DNA from: Lama glama
Lineage: Eukaryota
Direction of reading: 5' to 3'
NCBI GenBank assembly: GCA_028534125.1
Contig: CM052816.1
Coordinates: forward strand, 37,016,001 to 37,080,000
Length of the DNA: 64,000 nucleotides
This document shows, piece after piece, positions 52,845 through 64,000 of this stretch. A program made the translations under genes and the position numbers. The notes under the pieces were generated by a model that had not been told where the DNA came from, did no database searches, and saw nothing but the letters and a program-made list of their open reading frames with translations. Each line of letters starts with the position of its first letter. Position 1 is the stretch's first letter.

Positions 52845-54450
52845 AACTCCATGGATGGAGAGAACTAGAAGGCAGACAAGAACAACAAATTTGGAAGCTA
52901 GAATGCAGATAGATAGCCAAAAGTAAATCAACAGACATGAATTGTCAGACCTGAGAAATCCAAATTCTCAGTCACTAGTGGTGCAAACTGAGAATCATTT
53001 TGATTTACATAACAGAATTCCTCATAGCCTCAGGAATTGGCAGCATCAGGCACTGCTGAGAGTTGGGGAGAAAGAGATGGTTACAAAGAGGAAGAGCAGC
53101 TGTAAGTAGGTTAAGAGGTAGATAGATGGCTAGGTCTCCTTAACCCTACACAGCCTGGTAACAGCCTCTTCTAGAAGGTACTGAGAAGTTCATTTCCTGG
53201 AAAGGGTAAAAGAGTGGGACTGGCCTGGGAGACAATAGATATACTGGGAGACGTGGGTATCACACAGAAAACCTTAGTGTGGGTGGTGATTAAGTAACGG
53301 AATGCATAGTCTATACTGAAAAGCAGGATCTCTTTCAATATTTGACTCAGTATTCTGGAAGTTAAACCTTTTCAGATTGGAAATTAAAAGTGGATCAGAA
53401 GATGTGAAAGTACAAAGAATTTGCTCTCAGGGGTTTCATCCTGCAATGAAGTTCAAAGGAGACAGGTCACACTCATTTGCTGAGAGTTCTCAGTCAGTCT
53501 TTTTAATCTCTAGTCACAAATATAAAAAGATAGTCAAAGGTTACCAAAAAACTGAAGAAAGCCTCTACTGTAGGGGAGAAAGAGAGAGAGAAAGAAAGGG
53601 AGAAACCAATTTGGGACTTCCAGTTTCCAGTCCAGGTATAAGGAACTTAGAAGTTGCTTCTTTGTCCTAAACACAAGTAACAAGCTGAAGAAGCTGAAAA
53701 ATCAGCAGTCCTTCTTAGAACTGTCAGAGAAGTGAAGTCACAGGGCAAACTGCTGACAAAATTGGAGAGGCAGGTGGCTATAGAGAACCAAAATTTAGCA
53801 GAGTAGAAACTCACAAGTAGAAACCTCTGTGGGAACCAGTGCTGGGGCAGGAAACTGTAATTGTTGAATTGCTGGAAGCTCACTGCGGACAATTCTGAGA
53901 CTTAAAATTCCAGGAGGACCTTGTCGTACGAGAGTCCAGAGACGTTTGAGAGTTTGACCTCCTGGACATCATGAGGCCCTCATAGTAAATATCACAGAAA
54001 AGAGGTCCCTTGAGCTTCCAGCAGGTGAAGAAGAAAAGAAACTATTTTGAAGTGTACCACGGCATTCTGATCTTCTTAACCAGGCTTGCCCTCAGCAGGA
54101 ACTAGTTTACCAGAGCCTAACCTGCAGGGGTTTTATTAGTGCCCGACCTACCTGGAGAGAATGGGAATACATAACTCCAGCCACTCCATCCATCCACTCT
54201 CCAAGGGGAGAAGATGAAAAACAAAACAAAACAAAACATGAGGAGCACTGTTGAAGTTTGAAGTCCTGGGACACAGGTTAACCCAAAACTGAGGCATACT
54301 GATCGGCTATGTATGTTGGTTCCTGTTTCTCCACAACATCTCACTATGTTATTAAAGGCCTATTTATCACAATTGCTTTTACCCATTACATCATGTTTGC
54401 CTTTCAACAAAAAATTACAAGGCATACTAAAAGGCAAAAAACAGTTTGCA
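52845..54450 (+). mobile_element. Old L1M 5' UTR regions (two units: about 52845-53600 and about 53612-54450, L1M4-like)
   Basis: 'caacaaatttggaagctagaa', then a second start 'gggacttccagtttccagtcca' ending 'aaaaattacaaggcatactaaaaggcaaaaaacagttt', like L1M4 5' regions as I recall them. Confidence 0.6.
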
Positions 54451-57440
54451 CTATATTTATGAGAAAAAATTTTTTTTACATTTAATTGCTTCACTTAGCA
54501 ACGTATAGGGATTCTAACTGCCCTTGTGATTTTAACATTTTTTCTTTTATATCCTTTCCATTGATGATAATATATTAATTAATATATGTTTACTTGACAT
54601 AGTCATGGCACCAGAACACAGTGTGATTTTGGTGAACAGTATGTGTTTTCCTCTGGATTTTATAATTTTTGGCTATACTGTCTTAAGATGGCAAGTTTGG
54701 ATATTTGTTTTTTAAATTGAACAGAGATCCCCTTTTGTCTACTTACATGTTATAGTTAACTCCTATTGAAATCTAGGAGTGTAATAAATATGTATTAATT
54801 AACTTCCGTTCCTAGAACTTGGTACTAACACTGTTTTGGCATGTCAGTCCAGAGAGGCTAGAGGCATAGGCATCAGGCATTAGAAAGAATAACATTCTAT
54901 TATATCTTTAACATCATACTGATTATCACATATTTTAATAGTCTATCAAAAGAAAATAGTCACACTTCCTTTCAAGTTTCCCCATTCTCATCTTATATCT
55001 CCTCTCTTCCTTGGGCCTGAGTTAGAATAAGTAATAAAAATGTTTCCACAGTAGTCTAGCAAGGAACATTGTAAGCATTCATTCAGCAAGCATTTATTTA
55101 GTTCCTACTGTGCTCAAAACAATGTATTAGGCATTACTCATGAAATACAGATGAATCACACAAATTTTTTGTTGTTAATGAATTTATTTTTTATATAGTG
55201 GCAAAACATACAGTCAAGGGTCTGATATAAAATGTTCATAGGAGCCATAATCAGCCAAGATTTTTTAAACTATTGGCTATGTCTAGTGTTAGAATATTAC
55301 CTTCCAAAAAGATGTAAATACAAATTAAGGATCTTTTAGGTCCTATAGGTGAAACCAAATTTTGTTGAGGTAGAACATTAAAATAAGTAGAGGAACTGAA
55401 CAGAAGGAATTTGATACTTGCTAAGTTTCAGGTGTTGTGTTACATATTCTAGCTGTGTATAAGATTGCATATTCCATTCATACTATTTTTCTTTCTCTTT
55501 TCCACTCAGTTTTTTTTTCCTTACCATATGCAGCGAAAAGTATTTTCTTGTCTCATAATTTCAAAATAGAAATTCTCAGTTCACCTTTCTGTGTTGTAAA
55601 GTTCCTAATGAGCACTGACTTTCACACTACAATATCTGTAGTAAAACCTCATTAATTGTACCCAATTGGGAAATAAAAGGTAGGTCTAAATTATAGAACA
55701 TTTAAGAAGAAATGACATGAAATAAAATATACATAAAATAATCTGCTGACAGCAGTTAATGAATGTGAGAATCAATCATAAATACAAAGAGGAAAAACTT
55801 GTTTTGAGCCTAAAGATAATTATAGGCAAAAATTTATTTTATTGCCATATTCAATATGTGAATAAAAACCATTGTTAAAATGAATTAGAATAATTTTCTG
55901 GATTTACTTGAATATAGGCTAAATATTCCCTTTATTTTAATTTCATTAGAAAGCAATCTTCTGATAGTGCACATATGTATTTCAATTAAGATTACTTTAA
56001 TTGTCATATTTTCCAATTTTTAATTAAACAGATTTTTATTGTTTGGGGAGGATATTCATCTCATAAGACAAATACTATAGCATAAAAAATTCTTTTTCCA
56101 AAGAGTAAATGATTTTAATTTTGTATTTTACTTGAGCCTGATGTTGGATAGTACAATTTAGGATTGATACCACGTGTAATATTTTTGTTTTCTAAGAAAA
56201 CACTGAAAATTTCATTAAAATTGCATGCATTTTCCAAGTACATTAAAAAAACAGATAAGTATACACAGAGATGTGGCTTATGTTTATTTACCTAATGGTT
56301 ATCTCTTCATTTACTATCTTTGGCAACCGTTCAAGTTTCTGGCTTACTTGCTCACTTCCTGTCAAATTACTCTAGATGTAAGCAATGGTAGCTCGTGTTG
56401 AAATAACAGAACAACGTACTCAGCAGCAAAGACTATACTTTTTGAAATTTTTTTCCAGGAAACATTTTATTCAAATAGGAATAAGGGAGAAAAGTTTGAG
56501 GAAGGTTCAGTTTTGTGCAAAGAAAACTTTACTGAGTTTAGGAAGATAGAAGTCTGTTGGCTTACAATATGATATTAGTTTCAGGTGTATGATACATTTA
56601 TTCAATATTTTTATACACTATGCACCACACAAAGATATTACAATTTTATTGACTATAGTCCCTCTGCAAAACATAATATCCATCTGATTTATTTATCTAT
56701 AATTGGTAGTTGGTAATTCTTAATCACCTTTACCCTTTAATCCATCTCCCTCCCCGCCCCTCTGGCAAGCATTAGTTTGTTCACTGTAACTGTTATTAGT
56801 CTGTTTCTGTTTTGTTATATTTGTTCATTTGTTTTGTTTTTTCACTGGCTCCACATATAAGTGAAAACATACAGTATTTGTCTTTCTCTGTTTGTCTTTT
56901 TTCACTTAGCATAATACTCTCTAGATTCATCCATTTGTTACAAATGACAAGATTTTTCTTTTTTATGGCTGAGTAATAATCACATCTTCTTTATCCTTTC
57001 TGTTGATGGATAGTTGGGTTGCTTCCATATCTTGGCTATTGTAAATAATACTATGGTGAACATGAGGGTGCATGTATCTTTTCAAATTAATATTTTCACT
57101 TTCTTCAGATAAATATCCAGTAGTAGAATTGTTGGATCATATGTTAGTTCTATTTTTAATTTTTTGTGAACTCTTCATACTATTTTCCATAGTGGCTGTA
57201 CCAATTTATATTCCCACCAACAGTGCAGGAGGATTCCCTTTTTGCCACATGCTTGACAATACTTATAATTTGTTGTCTTTTTAATGATAGTCATTCTGAC
57301 AAGAGTAGTGGTGTCTCATTGTGGTTTTGACTTGCATTTCCCTCATGATTAGTGATGTTGAGCATCTTTTTGTGTGATTGTTGGCCAGCTGGTATGTCTT
57401 CTTTGGAAAAATAACTATTAGGCTTCTCCCCCACTTTTTA

Positions 57441-57544
57441 TGGTAACTGGCCCTATTGTGGTGATAATCTCCTAATGTATGAAAGTATCAAATCACTGTG
57501 TTAAACAACCTGACATGTTAATGTTGTATGTTAGTTATAACTCA
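57441..57544 (+). mobile_element. Short L1MA-type 3'-terminal fragment inserted antisense into the host L1
   Basis: 'tggtaactgg..tattgtggtgat..taatgtat..atcaaatcactgtgtt..acctga..tgttgtatgttagttataactca', flanked by ccacttttta / ccattttta. Confidence 0.7.
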
Positions 57545-58024
57545 GGCCATTTTTAAAACACATTTTAAAAATATTGAGTTGTATGAGTTCTCTGTATCAG
57601 ACATAATTTGCAAATGTCTTTTCCCATTCAGTTGGCTGCCTTTTCATTTTGTTGATGGTTTCCTTAGTTATGCAAAAGCATTTTAGTTTGATGTGGTCTG
57701 ATACGTGCATTTTTGGTTTTTTAGCCCCTGCCTGAGTAGACAGATCCAAAAAACAAAACAAAACAAAAAAACTGCTGTGACTTATGTCAAAAAGTATACT
57801 ACCAATGTTTTCTTCTAGGAGGTTTATGGTTTGAGGTCTTATGCTTAAGTCTTTAATCCATTTTGACATTATCTAACACCACATTAAATCATTCTTGCAT
57901 CCCTGGAATAAACCTCACTTGATCATGATATATGATCTTTTTAATGTATTGTTGAATTCATTTTGCTAATATTTTGTTGAGGATTTCTGCACATACGTTC
58001 ATCAGTGATATTGGTCTGTAATTT

Positions 58025-58070
58025 TTTTGTTTTGTTTTGTTTTGTTTTGTTTTGTTTTGTTTTGTTTTTG
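58025..58070. repeat. (TTTTG)n microsatellite inside L1 ORF2
   Basis: Read directly. Confidence 0.95.
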
Positions 58071-59305
58071 TAGTGTCTTTGTCTGGTGGTTTTGGCATCA
58101 GGGTGATGCTGGCCTGGTGGAATAAGTTTGAAGTCATTCCATGTTCAATTTTTTGAAATAGTTTGAGAAGCATAAATATTAACTCTTTTAAAAATGTTTA
58201 CTAGAATTCCCCTGTAAAGCCATCTGGTCCTGTACTTCTGTTTGTTGAGAGTTTTTTGATTATAGATTCAATTTCACTGCTGGTAATCAGTCAGTTCAGA
58301 TTTTTAATTTATTTCTTATTCAGTCTTGGAAGATTATATATTTCTAGTGATTTAGTCATTTCTTCTAGGTTGTCCAATTTTGGCATATAATTGTTTGTGG
58401 TATTTTTTTATGATTGTATTTCTGTGATATTGATTGTTAACTTCTCTTTTATTTCTTATTATATGTATTTGGATCCTGTCTCTTTTTTCTTGATGATTCT
58501 GGCTAAAAGTTTATCCAGTTTTTTTTTTCAATCTATTTATAAAAACAAGCTCTTAGTTTCATGGATCTTTTTTTTTTTTCCCTTTGGTCTCAATTTTATT
58601 TATTTCTGCTCTAATCTTTTTAATTTCTTCCCTCTACTAACTTTGACCTTTGTTTGTTCTTCTTTTTCTAACTCCTTTAGTTGTAAGTTTAGAGTGTTTA
58701 TTTGAACTTTTTGTTTGTTTCTTGAAGTAGCCTCTATTGCTAAGAACTTCTCTTTTAGAATTGCTTTTGCTATGTCCCCTAGACTTTGGAAAATTGTGTT
58801 TCTATTTACAGTCATGTCAAGGGATGTACCTGGGCAGTCCTTGCAAGTTGACTAGAGTGCTGGTACTTTTCAATCTGTTGCCTTTGTTCTGGGACTCAGA
58901 GCGAGTAAGTTTGTATATAAGCCCTTTAAGATCAAACTTGGTTTCCTACAGTCCTCCAGCTCTGTGGATGATGTCTTACTGTTTTTCAAAACCAGTTAAA
59001 GGGGCTCGTCTTCCTGGTGCCAGTCCCAGTGGAACCCAAACTCTTTTCTCCTTCGGGAGAATCTCTGAGTTAGTAATATTCTCTTCTTCTTCTTGGTTGC
59101 TTACTGAGGATGTGAGTCCATGCCTCTGCCCCTCTTACCCATCTCAGCTTTTTTCTTTATATTCTTAATTGTAAAATAGCTATTCTTCTAGTCTTCAGGT
59201 CATTTCTAGAGAGAGTTGTTCCATATATAGTTGTAGTTTTTATGTATCTGTGGGAAGAGGTGAGCTCAGGATATCCCTACTCTGTCATCTTGATCCCACC
59301 ATCTC

Positions 59306-60700
59306 TCAACCTATAATTCCATATGCAGTAAAACTATTCTTCTAGAATGACAGCAGAATAAAGACATTCTTAGGTCAAGAAGAACTAGGATAATCTATCA
59401 CTAGCAGACTGCTCCCCTCCCCCCAGAAAACATTCAAAGGAAGTTCCTTAGGCTTAACAAAAAGAATTCCAGAAGAAATCTCGTAACTTTAGAAAAAAAG
59501 CATGATAAAAATGGTAATTATTTGTTAATATACTATATATGCATATATAGTATATAAGGCATATTCTCTAATTATAATAGAATAATACTAAAGATAAATA
59601 ACAAATAGATAACCTGGAAAATCCAAAAAAATTCCCCAAGTTGGAAATTAAACAATGCACTTCTAAACAATCTTTGAGCTGAAGAGGAAGTCTCAGGCAT
59701 ATATGAAAATACTTTGAATTAAATACAGATACAATATATCCACACATGTGGGATGCAATTAAAGCAGTTCTTAGAGGGACATTTATAGCATTAAATGAAT
59801 ATATTGGAACAGAATAATGATCTAAAATCAATAAATTTAAGTTTTTACTTTAAGAACTTGAGTGAAGAACAAAATAAACCTACAGCAAAGAAAGAATGTA
59901 ATAATAAAGACTAGAGCTGAAATCAGTAATATTAAATCCCAAACAGTAGAGAAAATCAGTAAGGCAAAGTTGTTTTTTTTTTAAAAGATCAATAAAATTG
60001 ATAAACCTCTATTAAGGTTAACAGAAAAAGGAAAGGAGATGCAATACCTGCCCCTCTGATACTAAAGTAATAGTAGGACAATATTACAAACAATCATATG
60101 GCAACAGATTTGAAAAATAAAATGAAATGGACCAATTCCTTGAAAGATTAAAAACTACCAAAATTCATTCTAGATTTAATATTAATCTCAATATTTAAAT
60201 ATTATTGAACTCAAAAACCATGAGTGGTACTATATCTAACAAAGTAAATCTCAGTCCCTGACAGTTTCACTGATGAATTATGTAGAAATCACTTATTTCT
60301 ACATAATCTCTTCAGATCATTGAAAAGGAGAAAGTAATTTTTAAATTAATTTTTTAGTCCAACATGCTGATTTAATAACCAAATAAAGACATTATGGTGA
60401 TAGAAAATGGCAAATATCCATTGTGAACAGAGACACAAAAATCCTCAGCTAAATATTAACAAATAAAATCCAGCAATATATAAAAAGATAATATATTACA
60501 GCCAAGTGGAGTTTATTTCAGTAAAGAAAGATTAGTTCAATGTTTCAAGATCAAGCAATGCAGTTCACCATACTAACATACTAAAGAAGACAAGTTGTAT
60601 GATAATTTCAAAAAGTATATAAAATACATTTTATAAAATTCAACATGCATTCATTTAAGAAAACTCTCTGCAAACTAAGAACAGAGACTTTTTTTTAACC
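59306..60700 (+). mobile_element. Old L1M, end of ORF1 and ORF2 fragments (decayed)
   Basis: 'caacctataattccatatgcag..gaataaagacatt', 'tgggatgcaattaaagcagttcttagagggacatttatagcatt', 'aagatcaataaaattgataaacctct', 'aaaattcaacatgcattcat'. Confidence 0.85.
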
Positions 60701-63700
60701 AGAAGGAATGAGCACTTCTCGAAGGCAAAGACTATGATGTGGTTATTTTTTCACCAGTATTTAACACAGTCCCTGTGAAAACGGTGAAAAGAAGATTTGT
60801 AAAGTAAATTATTTACAAATACATTAATTATCAGTGACCAATTTAAAACACACACACACACATGCACACAAACAATCTGGTTTATACAAATAGATTTAAT
60901 CACTTTCCCAAATGTAATGAATATCACCTAGGAGTGAAGGCTCAATAGTAGGAGGACATAAAATGTGTTTGTGATTTGTGTGTGTATGTGGGTTTGTGAA
61001 AGTAGGTGTTTGACAGGCAAGGTTTGATGCTGTGAATACTTTATCTTGAGGAGCTTGAATGTTTAAGAAAAAACAAGATATATTTCTCTAGTTTTCCAAA
61101 CAATGCCATATCAAAAATTTGTTTTAGGAAACTGATACATTTTAATATGCTTGGATAATTTACAATGGGTTGGTGAAGGGACTGAAGTCATGTACCATTT
61201 TATTCTAGACAGAATAATCTAGGTCTTGAGAGCAGTACATTTGATAAGGATGAACTGATAAGAAAAATGTGTTTCTTCAAATTTTATGAGAAATAAATCA
61301 AGCTAAATTTAAATATGTGTTTTCAAGAAAGAGTATTAAAAATCACTCATCTAAAATGATTAATCTGTTTTCTGGTAACAGTTAAATTTAGCTAATGTAA
61401 CTGTAATTGTACTGCATGTATTTATTCATGTATGTTAACTTATATGCGTACTTACATGCATTTATATTTATATTCATACTCATCTTCTTATCTAAAATCT
61501 TCTGTTAGAATATACATCCATTAATATGATTTTTTTAGACCCACATATCCTATATTTTCCCTAAGACTGTACATTGACTATAAAAGATATTCAATACCTT
61601 CTTAGAAGTGCATGAATAAATGAATTAGTGATCAAGCAGGGTTACTTGTTGCAAAGAACTAAATGGTCTTGTTTACCCTAGGTGTATCTTTGTCAGTCAG
61701 GATATATTTCCTAAGCTTACTGCACATTTAACGGGGTATGATTAAGAGGAACATCTGTTTCTTTAAAGAACATACTTTAGGTGAATTCTATTATGGGCCA
61801 AAGGTCTTCATCCCACTGAGAGGGCAGATGGATAAATGTTTGTTTTATGGTATCAGAAGGAGATATGTTTCTGAGTTAGAGATTTCGGTTCATTTTATCT
61901 TCAAGTGGATAAAACTCCATATGCCTCAAGGTAATATCTTGATAAATCTCTACTTAGCTTTGTCTTTCCTGTCCATTATTTTAAATTATGCTTCACAAGG
62001 TAAAGCTAGATTTATAGTTTATTTTTAGGTACTGAAAACAGAAGTTGAATCTTTTATGATTATATTGTTACTTTTTTGAATTATTTTTTGTATTTATTTT
62101 CTCTGTCATTTTATAAGCAAGCCAAAACTATGTAGAAAAATGAATATATACATGGCTTTCAGGAAAGTATAATATTGTGTCACCTTCAGATACTAAAAGG
62201 AATATTTTTAGACACAATTTTTATGAATTCAAGATCATAGACTCTCCACACAATTTCCTGGTTTGTTTTTTTGTGACTACACACTTCATTGCATAAAAAG
62301 TGAGCTAATACTAAATGAGTAGGTGAGAATGCAGATTGTGTGATGTTCATATGGTTTACACAGCAGAGGCAGCTGTTGGTGCCAATTATGTAGTAATAAG
62401 CTCGAGTAGCTGCCAAAAGAATAAAACTAAGTTTGACTTGAAAGCAAGTAAGATGATGCTCAAAAGCTTCTGTCTCCCAGGACAAGTAGGTGCCCCTTTT
62501 TAATCAATAAATCAAATGGACAAGGACACACTGGCATCATATATGATTTTTTTAGCCATACTAAAATAATGATCTTAAAATCTAAATTTTGAAAAATTCT
62601 CTGGAATTTGCAAATACCTAATAAATGTATGGTTTAAATGTATAAGGCCATTTATATCAAGTCACCATGCTGAATATACACGCGTGAGAAATAAGCTAAA
62701 CATACAGATTGCCTCACTTATAACAAAGTGTAGCCACCTTTGCAAGGGAATTAAGCAGATGTTTAAAATTTTTCAACGAATTTTCAAAGTGACTTAAAGC
62801 AGGAAATGAAGAAAATTATATCCACTTTAAGCCCTAAGAATTCTGTAGACAGACTATAATTATCTGTTATTAAGGCAACTGATATAAAAGATAGAAAACA
62901 TCCATCCAGAAAGGAGGTTTCTTCCACTTGCTGGTCCTTTCGAATTTCAGCAAGATGACAAATGAGGAATCCTTTTATATTCTGTGATCTTCCATCTCCT
63001 TTTGAGGTCTGGTCCTTTCATTCACTAATTTATTTGTATACATTTAAAACTTTTTTAGATAGTGAAAAAAAATGTTTTGATAATTAGCCAAGAAATGCAG
63101 CCTGATTAATAGTTGGTAGTCTAAGACATACTTAGCCATTTGTGTCATATATTCCTATATGTAAATTATGGAAAATATTATAAATTCAAAATGTCAAAGC
63201 CTACTTGATGCTGTAGGAAGAGTTTTATGTTTTCATTCTGGTTGTTAAATATCAGGCTCTGAAACTTTCCGCTTCTCCCATAGTTGAGAGAGACAGTAGA
63301 CTGATGGCCTTTGAAATGCCCTGTCTGCCTCTCCAGCACTGGACAGCTGTGAGGGCTTGAGGTCTCCAGTGCTTTAGAATTTTGAAAGTGAAAAATTGTG
63401 CTGCAAATACTGAAAAGAGCCTTTCCTCCGGAGTCTTCCAGAGGATAGAATTTTGGCCCAACGAGTCCTTCATGCTCCATGCTCTGTCTCCTAAACTGAG
63501 AAATTGCCAGTCTTTGCCACTTAGAAAATTCCTTAGAGTTGAGTCTCCCATTTGCTACATGTACTAACGATTTACTAGCAAACCTGTGGCAAAAGAGAAA
63601 TTAATCATCCTTACTCTTTTAACTTACCCAAGGAGATAATATAAAATATTATCTCAAAAAATATAACTTAATAAATTAATAATAATAGAAAATCCAAGAA

Positions 63701-63929
63701 GATCCAGTAGCCATGTGAAAAATGCAGGCAAAACATATGGATCAGGCAACTCCTAATGAAATAGAACTGAGGAGAAATGTACACTTCAAAGAAAAATAGT
63801 AAGGACACTAAAAAAGATTCAAGTATATTACAAATAAAACTAGAATTGAAGAAACAAGGACAAAAATAACAGTGAGCTAAGATTTGAGAACACATTTCTA
63901 GTGAATACCATGCTTCATTGTCTGTTTTC

Positions 63930-64000
63930 AACTTGGATTCACCAATGACAAGTCCAAGATCAAGGTATCTGAAGGGCTGATTTCTCCTGAGCCGTGTCCT
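63930..64000 (-). mobile_element. MaLR LTR fragment (MLT1-like), runs off the window
   Basis: 'aagtccaagatcaaggtatctgaagggctgatttctcctgag'. Confidence 0.7.

Larger units (their letters stand above)
56549..59305 (-). mobile_element. L1 retaining its 5' start and 3' UTR, with two large internal deletions
   Basis: 3' UTR and ORF2 C-terminus 56549-57866 (ORF '[22 protein letters not shown]'). ORF2 linker/RT start 57883-58821 ('[14 protein letters not shown]', 'LKELEKEEQTK'). 5' start on the minus strand 'caagatgacagagtagggatatcctgagctcacctcttcccac' at about 59250-59292. Confidence 0.88.

Noticed and set aside
58737..59168. 143-aa plus-strand ORF as an L1 antisense ORF0-like gene
   Set aside because: It starts at a non-ATG codon, crosses a deletion junction in a decayed L1, and has no recognisable motif.
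63178..63567. Three overlapping ORFs of 61-100 aa and a 9-bp stem (agcactgga/tccagtgct)
   Set aside because: No recognisable protein similarity or splice context, and the stem is too short for a pre-miRNA call.
1..64000. CRISPR arrays, operons, tRNA/rRNA genes or other prokaryote-type systems
   Set aside because: The sequence is mammalian repeat-rich DNA. I saw no regularly spaced repeat-spacer array, gene-dense ORFs or tRNA/rRNA motifs.

Overview
This is AT-rich, CpG-depleted placental mammal DNA, either intergenic or deep intron. The L1 3' ends resemble those I recall from camelids, and I see no Alu, Bov-A/tA/BovB, PRE-1, Can-SINE or ERE, so a camelid source is likely (inference). I can support no host protein-coding gene. 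The ORFs I recognise are decayed LINE-1 ORF2 fragments, and the rest look like chance ORFs. The window is a layered record of repeats: L1 of several ages, L2, MIR, MaLR/ERVL/ERV1 LTRs, hAT-Charlie and Tigger DNA transposons, and microsatellites. The main observations are four. (1) An apparently unmutated, 3'-truncated, tail-less U4 snRNA retrocopy (U4 nt 1-63, 44821-44883) has a perfect 12-bp target-site duplication (TSD) and lies beside a Tigger2-type MITE inside an L1. (2) An L1 at about 2490-5665 carries a 5' inversion of the twin-priming type. (3) An L1 at 56549-59305 keeps both ends but has two large internal deletions. (4) A small non-repetitive CpG cluster with a CRE site and GC boxes at about 48330-48540 may be a promoter or enhancer. 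I found no convincing evidence of a new biological system. Repeat family names come from memory of consensus sequences, and boundaries are approximate unless a TSD or terminal repeat is quoted.
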